A DNA stretch of 64,000 bases. Origin: Paraspadella gotoi (lineage: Eukaryota; Animalia; Chaetognatha). Below, piece by piece: positions 34,340 to 51,991 of this stretch (positions are counted from its first letter, which is position 1; each line of letters opens with the position of its first letter). Below the pieces are notes generated by a model. The model was not told where the DNA came from. It was given only the letters and a program-made list of their open reading frames with translations, and searched no databases. The translations under genes were made by a program, and so were the position numbers. Location: contig CM119268.1 of NCBI GenBank assembly GCA_051294375.1, positions 22,695,427-22,759,426 on the forward strand. Direction: 5' to 3'.

Positions 34340-35566
34340 ATGCTAAAACCTGGAACTTTGATTGACTGGAATTGGCACGAGACCTTGGAGGGAAAAGAGG
34401 CCTTTTCATCCTTTTATCTTAGGTAGAAATATAAAACGTGGTTGTCTCTTGATCCTAATGTTATTTTGTAGCGGGAGTAATATCATTACTCGTCCGAGAA
34501 TCGACAGTACCATTGGCGCCGGAGGTAGCACGCGCTCCTCCCAACCCCAAGGACTCGGATTCGCGCCCTGCCAATTCGTCTGATCAGAAGTTCTAAAACT
34601 TGTATGCAACGTACGGTGAACTGCTTGCGGCATCGTTTGCCACACTAAATTCTTTAAATAATTTGGAACGAGTCCAGAAGAAATAGAAATATTTTTTTTC
34701 ACTCTGTCCCGGTTGTCAAATACCAATTACTAAATAAATATTCCCGACAGAAATTCCTCCAAGCGGCGAGTCTTCGGCCTATTGGAAAAACCCGCCATCC
34801 CCAACTCCATCAACACTCAAGAGGTTCGCTACAAAATCGCCGTCATCGGAAAGTCCGGTACGGGAGATGAGAGGATCAAAGCTTAAAAGAGTCTTCTAAA
34901 AATAGTTATCCGTCAGGCGTCGGAAAGTCGAGCACGATCGCCAACCTCTGCGGTCTCCCCATCCCGTCGGGCCACATGGACACCCCTGGCTTTCAGGTCA
35001 ACGCCGCATATTGGCTGGCCCGATTGAAACACACCAAAACGCTTCTCCTCTTCCACCTGGACTTTTGGGACGCGGGCGAGGCATCGTCCAAGAGGTTCGA
35101 TCACGTGCTGCCCGCGTGCAAAGACAAGAGCGACGCCGTCCTCTTTCTCTTCTCTCACGTGAACCGCGCCTCCTTTCGCGAACTCCCGCAGACGATGAAC
35201 CGCGTGGCGCCGCCTGACGATAACGTCTGCCGACTCGTTTGCGGAACGAAATTCGATTTGCAGCACCAAGCGGAAGTTGCGGTCCAGGTGAGTTTTGAGA
35301 GAGAGAGAGAGACAGAGAGATAGAGAGAGAAACAAAAAGATAGAGAGAGAGTGGGATTGTATAATGACTCGTTTGCGGAATCAAGCGAGATCAGTAGCTA
35401 CAAGACTCCAAGAGGTGGTCGCGGTGCAGATGATTAGAAATAGTGGGTGCGGTACTTCTTTGCAATACTAAGTGATTGTTGGGGGCGATGCCGGCGGGCG
35501 CCGGCCGGGCAGATATTGTCTCCATCAAAAGAACCAATTTAGATCTGCATTCAGGTTGATGGCGTT

Positions 35567-35613
<47 letters not shown>

Positions 35614-35972
35614 GGAATATTTACCTTTCCCTTATTCTCATGAGGACGTCCAAGAATTCGAAAAACAATACAAAGTTCCAGTGATGAAGATCAAGAACGT
35701 TCCCGCTTCTTCGCCGTCGAGTGGAAACGGTCAAGGTGAATCGCCAGTCAGTCAGTCCTCATCCATCACCTTCTCAACTCAATTCCCTTAATAAGACCCA
35801 ATAGACTTGGCCTCCTCCCACTATTTCAGGCTTCTCCGGCCCCGTGGGCGGGTCCACGCCCGGCGAAATTATCGGACTCATGAATGCCATCTGCGAACAG
35901 TTGTGGCTGAGGGACCAAATCCTTGCAGGCGTCATCGGCGGATCTCAAGATTTGCCGGGGGAAATTGAATGA
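34340..35972 (+). CDS. CPLANE2: Ciliogenesis and planar polarity effector 2 (RSG1 small GTPase), 5 exons
   Basis: PGTLIDWNWHETLEGKE; RRVFGLLEKP; YKIAVIGKSGVGKS (P-loop); FWDAGE..KRFDHVLPAC; GTKFD; MNAICEQLWLRDQ. Confidence 0.92.
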
Positions 35973-36290
35973 CACTTTGTTCTTTCAAGTCGTCTTTGTT
36001 TACTTTACCGATTTTTTAGAATTTTACTACAATATGCAAATGAGATTAAACGAGTCTCATTAGGTACATATATACCAAGAGACCTTTTGCTGCATATTAA
36101 TCGCTTTTCCTTCTACTTTTAACAGGACTTAAAATATTACAAGTATCCCGCATTCTTTCTACAGTCGCCTTTATTGTTTCCGTTATAAATTTTCAATTAT
36201 TTTCACGATTTTGTTTTGCTTTTTTTTATAATTCCTTTATCTCGCGGATCGTATTCAGTGTAAATAGTCAAATCGAGCAGACAAGATAAA

Positions 36291-39200
36291 ATGGAGGATC
36301 TTGACGCCCTTTTGGTCGATCTTCAAGCCTCGGCCTCGGCTCACGTCAAGAGTCAAACCGCCGTTACGTCTCCCCCCCTCCTCGCCCAAAGACAACAACA
36401 ACAGCAACATTTTTACCCGCCCCACCAACAGCTTCAACCTCAGCTGCTGCATCAACAACATTTGCTGCAGCAGCGGCAGTTGGCGGGGCGAGACTCGAGC
36501 TCTCCGTCGCCGCCTCCGCCCGTTCCGCCTCATCCGGTCGGAGAAGATCGAGGATTCGGCTACGGTCAGTTTGGGGGGTTGGGTCACTTTGGGTCATTCG
36601 GCTCACTCGGCTCACTTTGTTTGTTGGGGTCATTCGGGCTTAATCAATCACTTGGAATTAGTTGGATTATTGGGGTCGCTTGGGTTATTCGGTCCACTTT
36701 GGTCATGGGGGCCATTTAGGACAATGGGGTCATTTCGCTCACTTGGGTCATACTCTTATGTCATTGGGTACACCTTGGTCTTTGGGGGCTAACTTGGGTA
36801 GTTCGGGTTTTTTCTTTGCGAAATAAGAGAACAGTATGGCAACGGGGGGACATTTGTGATGCCTTGGGTGTGAGGCTTCTTCCAACAGCTGGCGCTCAGG
36901 GCTTTGGACCTGCAGCGACCACCCCATGTCACTTGCGTGTTTATGCCGACACCATCACACTTTAACCAGCGTGACCGTGAGGGGATTGAACCCGGAACTC
37001 ACGGTTGGTCAACGAGTTCTTAGCTGTCCAAGCCAATGGGACGAGCTGAGATTCAACAAGCTATACAGGAGGCGAATTTAGGATTCGCCACAACGGAAGA
37101 CTTAATTGTTAAACCCGCATTTTTCTCCCGAATTATATTATCCGCTTCAAACACTTGAACCCTCAGAGGAACAATCTCTTGTTTTTTGTTTTGTTAAGAG
37201 TATCCTCTACAATTGTTTTCTTCAAAGATAGACGAAATTAAATATTAATTATTAATTAATTAAATTACAACTAATATCTTTGCTGATTTCACCTCCGCGA
37301 ACCAACAGACTCGAACGGAATCTACGCCGACGACGTTCAGCCCATTTACGAGGAGCAGCGTCAGGTGGGGCATCCTCTGGGCGCGATGCAGCATCAACGG
37401 CAGCAGCAGCCACAGCAGCAGCAGCATCAAGTCCTCCCTCCGCAGCGTCAGTCTTCCTCGGGTCTCGGTCACAATCTCTCCGAGTTGGACTCTTTGCTCG
37501 AGTCTCTCAACTCGGCCCAGTTTATGGCGGAAGTGGAGAAGAAGAACGCCATCTTGCAGGTCTCACTCTCTCTCTCTCAAATAAATTAAATTAAATACAT
37601 TTAAATAGTAATTCATTTCGCCCACAACAATCACCCTCTAACAATCTCAGCCGTCGCCGCCGCCGAATCCTCCCAAACCTCCGGAGCCTAAATCCAGCGC
37701 AGCCTCCAGCGCCACCAAAGACTTGGACGACCTCATGGCCTCACTCTCTGGTATGGCTCCAATGTAAAACATATATTTTATTAGTTAAAACATTTTTAAT
37801 AATTTATAATCTAATTCGGCAACCTATCGGAATCTTCTTAACCATCACCTCAGGCTTCCACACATCCCCCGACGCCAAAGATCCTCGAGTGGCTCCCGAA
37901 AAGCCCGCCAGGCGGATGCACAACTCTCCGTCCCCCGCCGCCTCCCTCGCCGTCTCCGCCACTCCTCCCGCCGCTCCTCACGCCGCTTCCCTCGCTACAG
38001 CTTCCTCCACCGCTCCTTCAACTCCCTCGTCCGCTCAATTCGCTTCTTCACCCATCGAAGATCGAGAGGACGTCATCTACGAGTCTCCTTCGTCCGCTCG
38101 CGGGTTCATTCGCTTATTTGGCTTCTTTTATTTCTTCTGCTTATTTTGCATTTTTATTTTTTTCGCTTCTTTCCTCCGCTTCTCAGGGTGCAAACTTTTC
38201 ATCGTTAGTTTCCGCTTTCGATTTTCAGATCGGGCGGCGGATCTTCAGGAGGCACGCCTCCTAAACCCGGCGGAGTTTCTCCTAAACCCGGCGCCACCTC
38301 CCCCAAACCCGGCGTCGTCTCTCCCAAACCCGGCGTCGTCTTTCCCAAACCGGCGAAACCCGCGACGCCGCTGGCTGGAGTGGCTCTGGACTCGATGCTC
38401 AATCAACTGGGTGAGGCCGCGAGGTAAGTTTTCTTTACGTTTTAGATCCTTAATTTTCATCTCTTGACGAATTTTCATATTGCAGAAAACAGGGGGTCAA
38501 TACGACGCCAAAAGGTCATTGCAAGACTTGCAACAAGCTGATTATGGGACAAGTGGTCACCGCTATGGGCAATACTTATCACCCCGAGCATTTTATATGC
38601 AGGTGGGAATAAAAAACAAGTTTACCTACTTTTTTTTTTCGAAAGAAAAATAAACTTTATTTTCTCGGGAAAAATCTATACCATAAACCGTATTATAAAA
38701 TATATTTAAATTTATTTAAATTATACATGATTTAGAAATGAAATGTACCGTACATACTGAATATGGAATTTACGATTTTGCCATTAAGTGGTTTGAGAGT
38801 TCGGTCAGTTAATAAATGAACCCATTTTCAGTGAAAACAATAGGCCCAAACGAAGACAACAGCCGATGCGGAAAAAGAGAAAGATAGGAGCGATGAATAG
38901 AAAAAAAAAAGAAAACCGAAACAAAAAAAACCAAAAAAAACAAAAGAAGGAAAAAGAAACGAAGCCGAAACGATATTTCCTTATATTTTTGGCTTCGATC
39001 AATCTTTTTTTTTTTTTTTCAGTAACTGCGAAAAAGAATTGGGAACTGAAACGTTTTTCGAACGAGACGGAAATCCTTTCTGCGAGGAATGTTGTCACTT
39101 TCTCTTCTCTCCTAAATGCGCCTACTGTAGCGGACCCATTACCGGTTCGTCTCGTCTTAAAACATAAAGAATTTTACTAATGGATTAATTAATAATTTCA

Positions 39201-40249
39201 TAAATGAAGAGGTTGTCTTCGTCGTTGTTTTCGTCGTCTTAATTCTCGTCGTCTTCGTCGTCGTTTTGCTCCAAGGTAAGGTCATTTTCTGCGCTCGCCA
39301 ATTAACATTTAAACATTTTCCCCCCAGGTAAGTGCATGTCGGCCCTGGACAAGACCTGGCACCCGGAGCATTTCTTCTGCGCCAATTGCGGGATGCAATT
39401 CGGCGAACAAGAATTTCACGAGAAGAACGAGAAAGTGTTTTGTCGTCGATGCTTCTTCGATCTCTTCGCCGCCCGTTGCAAGGCTTGCAATACGCCAATC
39501 ACCGCCAATTACGTCTCCGCCCTCGACGGCCAATGGCACAACGAATGCTTCACTTGCAGGTGTGTCCAAAGGGTTAGGAAAGTGAAGGAGGGAAAGTCGG
39601 GGGCTTGTAGACCGTAGAGGGTTGGTCAGTAGACACTCTCCACAAAGCCGAGGGTCCCGGGATCGAAGGGGAGGGGACCGGGATAAGCTCATGGGATACA
39701 AAAAAATTTATATAAAGAGGAGGGGCCCGTCATTTATCTACCCGCCACTGAGGAGGGTCCTGGACCGTCGCGATGGATTTTATTTTTATCACGGCGAATC
39801 CTTTTTTGACATCGGATTCCAGAGAGTGTCTCATGCCTTTCACCGGAGGAAGCTACTTTGAACACGAGGGCCAACCTTATTGCGAAGTTCATTACCACGC
39901 CCGGCGGGGATCGCTCTGCGCCGGGTGCCAAAAACCGATTACAGGTTAGCTGGTTAGCTCGACCATCCAAACGGGATAGTTGTATACTTGTAATTTTCAA
40001 CCACTCGTTATTTATTCATCCCTTGGTTAATCTTTTCTTCTGAAAGTTATGTTTAATTCTCTTTCCTCAAATCTTAAATATTCTTGAAACCTTTCCCTCC
40101 CAGGTCGTTGCATCACCGCCATGGGGCGAAAGTTTCATCCGGAACATTTCGTCTGCTCCTTTTGCTTGAAACAATTAAACAAGGGGACTTTCAAGGAGCA
40201 AAGCGAGAAGCCTTATTGTCACGCTTGCTACGGAAAACTCTTCGGTTGA
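36291..40249 (+). CDS. PXN: Paxillin family adaptor (LD motifs + 4 LIM domains), 10 exons
   Basis: LD motifs [44 protein letters not shown]; four LIM domains from KGHCKTCNK to [13 protein letters not shown]. Confidence 0.95.
36836..37092 (-). mobile_element. tRNA-derived SINE-like repeat, family B
   Basis: Minus strand: A-box-like TGGCTTGGACAG, B-box GGTTCAATCC, body ACACGCAAGTGACATGGGGTGGTCGCTGCAGGTCCAAAGCCC shared with 55236-55415. Confidence 0.7.
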
Positions 40250-41013
40250 TTATATTCATTCCGATTGTTGTAAGAAGAAAAACAAGTTGAAGCCCACGCC
40301 GGGATTAATTTATGGGGGCATCTCAACGCGCGGTGACGGGTCTCGAGCAACGATTCGGATTTTTATTTTCGCTCGCGAAAAAGCATAACTTTATTATTAT
40401 TTTTTCGTTTTCTAACGTCGCATTTAAATGATAATGACTCAATAACGCTAAAAAGGACTCCTGCCGGACTTCCATATATAACCGTGATTCTTTTTTTATT
40501 ATTCGACTCGTTAATGTTACTCGAACTCGAAAAAATGGTGCCTGATTTTCTTTTCTTTTTTTAACTCCTTCGTCTCCTTTACAGTCAATTTTGGGAGCTT
40601 GAATTTTTGTTCTCTTCCGAATCTAATGGTGAATTTATGAAATAATATCTTTTTTAATAACGCTATGAATTTTTATATGTTTACTACGCCTTCTATATAT
40701 ATTAATCACGTTATTCCGGTGGAATTTTGTCTTTAATCAAAAAGTCCTCAACACGGATTTATCGTTGACCGTTTTACGGTTTTTTTTTTGTCATTTTAAA
40801 AAACAAAAATAATTCGCTTTTCTCTCGAGATTTATTCTTCTTTTATCTCTTCTTTATGAATCTTCATTCAGCTTTGAAAACTTGTGCTTTGTGAAAAAAA
40901 AGCCAACCCGTTTCGACAATCGACCATAAACCCGGCGGTTTGTGTATTTAAACTAACGCCTCTCAGTCATTAACAAATAAACATAAACAAAAAAAGCTCC
41001 AAATAAAAAAAAG

Positions 41014-46014
<5,001 letters not shown>

Positions 46015-47253
46015 GAAACATCTCTCTCTCTCTCTCTCTCCCTCCTTGTCCGCTCTCGTTTTTTTATTGGCGTCAAGTCTTCCGCGCTCGGTTGCTAGGA
46101 AACAGCTAACTCTTGTTTTTTTTTTGGTTTGGAGGTTGATGATCGGACGGGATAGCTTGTAGTTTTAAAAGAAAAAAAACTCGATGGGGGGTGCTTGAAA
46201 TATAATTGTTAAAACAAAAATTGTTCAAACAATTTATTAAAAAAACAAACTTACTACAAAAAACAACAAAAATATTACATAAAACGTAACAAAAAATATG
46301 AAAAGCGAAATTCAATTTAAAAAAAAATCAATTTTGATAATATTACTCACGCGTTTACAATAAAAGACCATTACAATTTTTTGTTTGCTTTTTTGTTTCA
46401 CGACTCTATTATAGTCGATACGTCATTTCTTATATAATTCGGCTTCTTAATTTAAAAACTGGATCGCGTTATTTTTTTTTTTTTTTTTTTTTCGACGATC
46501 AAATTTTTTTTTAAATTCCTTTCTTGGCATTGATTGTGTTATGAATTAATTCTTTATTACCTTTCGTTTTCTAATCTTTATGTCTCATTATGCGCCACCT
46601 TAACTTAGAGCAGAAACGTTATTTCCAGATTTTACTCTTGGAACAAAATAGTTATGATTTAACAGATTTAAGCTGGAATTAGTTTTAGACTCGATCGTCC
46701 TCGTCAAATGTGGGCGTGGCCGCTTGTTATGTCCGGTCCTATTCGAGACGCATCCAATCGTCTCTGTTTCGTTGTTTTAGGAATTCAATTTAAAACGTGT
46801 TCAAAAGTTTGACCCTTCACTGTTATTCAACATTTCCTGTGATAACTTTCTCGTTTTAATCGGAAACCGTTTTTCGGTTTCACGAATTAAAACAAGTCGC
46901 GGAGATTTTCGAGAGCCGAGTCAGCCTTTATCTTATCGACGTTTTTCTTAACTTAATTGATTAATAATCTCAAAGTCTAAATTCGAAATTAAAAACGCGA
47001 AATTCGTTAATCTTTTTTTTTTTTTGGAATTTGGAGGAGAGATTTTTTGCTCTTTCAATCTTCCCAAAAATTTTTTTGTAAAATATCCCTTCGATTCGTC
47101 GTCGGGTTTTTTTTTTCTCCTAAATTTTTTTCCCGCCGTTTGAAAGAAAAAAAAGAATCTTTGGGTTATCTTATAATTATATATATAACAACGTCATGAT
47201 TTGTTTTTTTGTTACAGATGAAATTGCGTTAAAATCACGCAGACCAAAAAAAA

Positions 47254-50200
47254 ATGACAGATTATGAGGAGGAGCAGAGAATAGAACTGGAAGCTTTGGA
47301 ATCCATTTATTCAGAGGAGCTCGAAGTTATTAATCAGGAGAAACCCATTTGCTTCCAAATCGCCGGTACGATTCGGTAGTATATCTACAGTAGTATATCA
47401 ATTATGTCATGTTTTACCCTAAGTTTTAAACAATTTTACAGTAAAGTCGCAGTTGACGGACTCCAACTCCAACTGCGATGAAGAGGAAGTCCCGGGCGCG
47501 TCCTGTATGCTCAAGTTTTCCTACACGGACGATTACCCGGACTCTCTCCCGCTCATCGAGGTCGTCGACCCCGAGGATACGAATCTGGAGGAGGATGACG
47601 TGGACGGGTTGCTGCAGAGGTTGAAGCAGGTGTGCGAGTCGGGGATTGGGCTTTGGTCCTTAAGGTTCGCCTCCTAACAGTGAGAAGCTCAACAGATATG
47701 TTATGAGACAAATACTTCGAAATGTCATTTACTTTTCCTTTCCCTATTTTCTTTTCGCTTTCTCATTCTTTTAATTCCTATTCCTTTTTCTTTTCTCTTA
47801 TTATCCTTTCCTTTCCTCCCCTTAGCTTTCCTTTTCTCCCCCTTTCATTTCCTCTTTTGTTTTTTCTTCTATCATTTCTTTTCCCATTCTTTTCCTTTCC
47901 TATTCTTTTTCTTTCCCTTCTCCTCTCCTGTCATTTCCTTTTTTTTCGGCTCCTTCCCTTTCTTTTCCTTCCCTTTCTTTTCCTTCCCTTTTTCTTTTCC
48001 TTCCTTTCTTTTCCTTCCCTTCTTTTCCTTCCCTTTCTTTTCCTTCCTTCTTCCTTTTTCCTTCCCTTTCTTTTCCTTTTTCCCTTTCTTTCCTTTCCCC
48101 TTTTTTTTCTTTTCCCTTTCTTTTCCTTCCTTTCTTTTTCTTTCCCTTTCTTTTCTTTCCCTTTCTTTTTTTCCCTTTCTTTTCTTTCCCTTTTTTTCTC
48201 TTTTCCTATGCTTTTTATTTCATTTTCTTTCCTATTTTTTTCTTTCCCTTTCCTTTCCATTCGCCATTTGTGATATCCAAGTGTGAAAAGTGCTAATAAA
48301 TAATAATTATTTCGCCTTTATCCGCATTGCTCAAACCTCACCCCTTACCATGATGGAAAAAAAATTGTCTCATATATGTACGATAAAAATACAAGAGTTT
48401 CGTGCAAAAAAAAATGAGTTGTGCCAAAAAAATTATTTTTTTTATATCTATACTTTTTATTTATATTAATATTCCGTTTTTTTTTATCTTTTTTTGAGTT
48501 AACATGTTACTATTAAAAAACCCTGCCTTTCTCAGTCTCATCAAATCGTTATTGCATCAATTCCATTAAGATAGATTCAAGGGTGAATTTTAATTAATAT
48601 ATCAAAAAAAGCTGTATTAAAAATATATAAAGGATCAATCTTTTTTACTAGATGCCAAAAACCATTTTTTGCCCGAAATCTAATAATAGTAACAGAATAA
48701 ATTTTATATCAGAGATATAATATTAACAATAATGTGAATAGTCCTCCTGATTAAAAGAGAGGTGAAAACAGTTGGAGACAACCTTTTTTGGAAGTATTTG
48801 TAACATTAATATTTTTTTTCTGTTGAAAAATATTTTTTTTATTCAGTCCTAGGGAGGTCATATTATATATTAAAACTTATTTACCGGGACAAAAAAATAA
48901 TATTTGACAATGAAATTAACCGACTTGTCCGAACCGCGACAATTGTTTTTTCCCATCATGGTATTTCGCTTTCCACCCCTCACCCCTACCAACCCCTTAA
49001 AGGAGGGCGAGAGAGAATCTCGGGATGGCGATGATCTTCAGTCTGGTGTCGGTGGCGCTGGAGTGGCTCACCGACAACCACGAGAGAGAAGCGACGCCGG
49101 ATGTTGGAAGAGAAGGAACGTCGCGTCGCCGAAGCAGAGGAGGCAGAGCGGAAGAGGTTCGAAGGAAACCAGAGTTACGGGTGAGTTAAGAGGAGGCCGA
49201 GTGGAAGATGTTCGCAGGACCAGATTTACGGGTAGAGGGCAGAATGATCTCGGGCTCGTGTCGGAGAAATCAAGCACTCTTGCATTTTTAAAATAGAGGC
49301 GGAAACTGAAGCCGATCATATTGCCTCTAACCTCTAACCCAAAAAATGTCGCTTTAATCTTTCAGTGGAAACTTTTCTCGCGTGGAAATCGAAATTCGAC
49401 GCCGAGTTGGCGGAGATCAAGAGACTGGAATCCAAAAATCGGGAGAGAAGTCGGGTGAGTGTCTCTGTCTCACTTTCGCTTTCCTTTGACTNNNNNNNNN
49501 NNNNNNNNNNNNNNNNAATAATAATTATTTCGCCTTTATCCGCATTGCTCAAACCTCACCCCTTACCATGATGGAAAAAAAATTGTCTCATATATGTACG
49601 ATAAAAATACAAGAGTTTCGTGCAAAAAAAANNNNNNNNNNNNNNNNNNNNNNNNNNNNNNNNNNNNNNNNNNNNNNNNNNNNNNNNNNNNNNNNNNNNN
49701 NNNNNNNNNNNNNNNNNNNNNNNNNNNNNNNNNNNNNNNNNNNNNNNNNNNNNNNNNNNNNNNNNNNNNNNNNNNNNNNNNNNNNNNNNNNNNNNNNNNN
49801 NNNNNNNNNNNNNNNNNNNNNNNNNNNNNNNNNNNNNNNNNNNNNNNNNNNNNNNNNNNNNNNNNNNNNNNNNNNNNNNNNNNNNNNNNATCAAATCGTT
49901 ATTGCATCAATTCCATTAAGATAGATTCAAGGGTGAATTTTAATTAATATATCAAAAAAAANNNNNNNNNNCGCATTGCTCAAACCTTACCCCTTACCAT
50001 GATGGAAAAAAAATTGTCTCATAAAAATACAAGAGTTTCGTGCAAAAAAAAATGAATTGTCCAAAAAAATTATCTTTTTTATATCTATACTTTTTANNNN
50101 NNNNNNNNNNNNNNNNNNNNNGAACTGAGAAAGGCAGGGTTTTTTAAATAGTAAGCATGTTAACTCAAAAAATAATAAAAAACACGGAATTAATATATAA

Positions 50201-51572
50201 TAAAAAGTATAGATATAAAAAGATAATTTTTTTGGACAACTTTTTTTTTTTGCACGAACTCTTGTATTTTTATATGAGACAATTTTTTTTTCCATCATGG
50301 TAAGGGGTGAGGTTTGAGGCAATGCGGATAAAGGCGAAATAATTATTATTTATTAGCACTTATCAAATCGTTATTGCATCAATTCCATTAAGATAGATTC
50401 AGGGGTGAATTTTAATTAATATATAAAAAAAGAGCTGTATTAAAAATATATAAAGGATTAATCTTTTTTACTAGATGCCAAAAACCATTTTTTGCCCGAA
50501 ATCTAATAAAAAATATTATATCAGAGATATAATATTAACAATAATGTGAATAGTCCTCCTGATTAAAAAGAGGTGAAAACAGTTGGAGACAACCTTTTTT
50601 GGAAGTATTTGTATACATTAAATTTTTTTTTTCTGTTGAAAAATATTTTTTTTATTCAGTCCTAGGGAGGTCATATTATATATTAAAACTTATTTACCGG
50701 ACAAAAAATATATTTGACAATGAAATTAACCGACTTGTCCGAACCGCGACAATTGTTTTTTCCCATCATGGTATTTCGCTTTCCACCCCTCACCCCTACC
50801 AACCCCTTAAAGGAGGGCGAGGAGAATCTCGGGATGGCGATGATCTTCAGTCTGGTGTCGGTGGCGCTGGAGTGGCTCACCGACAACCACGAGGAGAAGC
50901 GACGCCGGATGTTGGAAGAGAAGGAACGTCGCGTCGCCGAAGCAGAGGAGGCAGAGCGGAAGAGGTTCGAAGGAACCAGAGTTACGGGTGAGTTAAGAGG
51001 AGGCCGAGTGGAAGATGTTCGCAGGGACCAGATTTACGGGTAGAGGGCAGAATGATCTCGGGCTCGTGGTCGGAGAAATCAAGCACTCTTGCATTTTTAA
51101 AATAGAGGCGGAAACTGAAGCCGATCATATTGCCTCTAAACTCTAACCCAAAAATGTCGCTTTAATCTTTCAGTGGAAACTTTTCTCGCGTGGAAATCGA
51201 AATTCGACGCCGAGTTGGCGGAGATCAAGAGACTGGAATCCAAAAATCGGGAAGAGAAGTCGGGTGAGTGTCTCTGTCTCACTTTCCTTTCCTTCGACTT
51301 TAACAATCTCTTCTCTCTCTCTCTCTCCCTCCTCCCTCTCTTTCTCAGCCGGGAGCACCTTAACCGGCAAGCAACTCTTCCAAATGAACTCTGACCTCGA
51401 CGACTCGGACATCAACTTCCTCGGCGTCGAAGACGGGGGCGGCGGCGGCGGCGCCGGCGAAGCGGTTCGTCAACCCGTTCAAGTGGACGAGACTCTCTTC
51501 CAAGACTTGGATGATCTAGACTTTGACGACGACGACGACGACGAAGACTACGATCCCGCTCTTGACAATTAG
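47254..51572 (+). CDS. RWDD1: RWD domain-containing protein 1 (Gir2/DFRP2), 5 exons
   Basis: MTDYEEEQRIELEALESIY; YPDSLP; EENLGMAMIFSLVS; EEAERKRFEGTRVTVETFLAWK.KFDAE; LTGKQLF; VDETLFQDLDDL. Intact exons 3-4 lie at 50813-51264. Confidence 0.95.
48348..48961. mobile_element. MITE with about 23-bp TIRs and TA flanks (Tc1/mariner-type)
   Basis: TA|CCATGATGGAAAAAAAATTGTC ... GACAATTGTTTTTTCCCATCATGG|TA; non-coding AT-rich interior. Confidence 0.7.
48540..49490 (+). other. Duplicate of RWDD1 intron 2 to exon 4 (50362-51300), probably uncollapsed haplotype or assembly artefact
   Basis: Near-identical sequence, indels in exons (GGCGAGAGAGAATC), bordered by N gaps. Confidence 0.7.
50945..51045 (+). 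repeat. Diverged ~52-bp duplication of RWDD1 exon end + donor
   Basis: AGAGGAGGCAGAGCGGAAGAGGTTCGAAGGAACCAGAGTTACGG|GTGAG then AGAGGAGGCCGAGTGGAAGATGTTCGCAGGGACCAGATTTACGGGTAG. Confidence 0.85.
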
Positions 51573-51991
51573 GCCCCAAATCTTTGAGAAACTCTGGTCC
51601 ACGTGACCTCCCTCCTTAAAATGCGGTCGTTGCTTCGAGTTTTTTTCTATAGTTGAAACCAATTTTTCATTGCCTTTCTTTTTTTTTTCTCGTCTTGTTT
51701 TAGTTTTAATTTTTGAATTGTTTTTTTTTCATGAAAAGATCTTATTTTCAAATGACTGACGAGATCCTTCACAACTCGCCCCCGGTTAGTATAAATAGTA
51801 TAAATTAGTTAAGAAGATACGAGTTGGTTTGTACCAAAGCTGTAAATTCTTATTTAATTTTAGGATTCGACGCTGGAGTTAAAACTTTAAGATTTGAATT
51901 TTTTTCTTGACTTCAGAAGTTCGGATAAATTGTGATTGTAATAAAATTACTATTATTGTTAGTTCCTTCCGCGTCGGATGATCCCTTCCGA

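Noticed and set aside
47722-48273. Phe/Leu/Ser-rich membrane-like ORF and its Lys/Arg-rich antisense ORF (similar at 10728, 27900 and 30569)
   Set aside because: Low-complexity CT-rich intron sequence.
48990-49460. Mutually exclusive duplicated RWDD1 exons
   Set aside because: The copy carries frameshifting indels, is near-identical even in introns and sits beside N gaps, so an assembly artefact is more likely.
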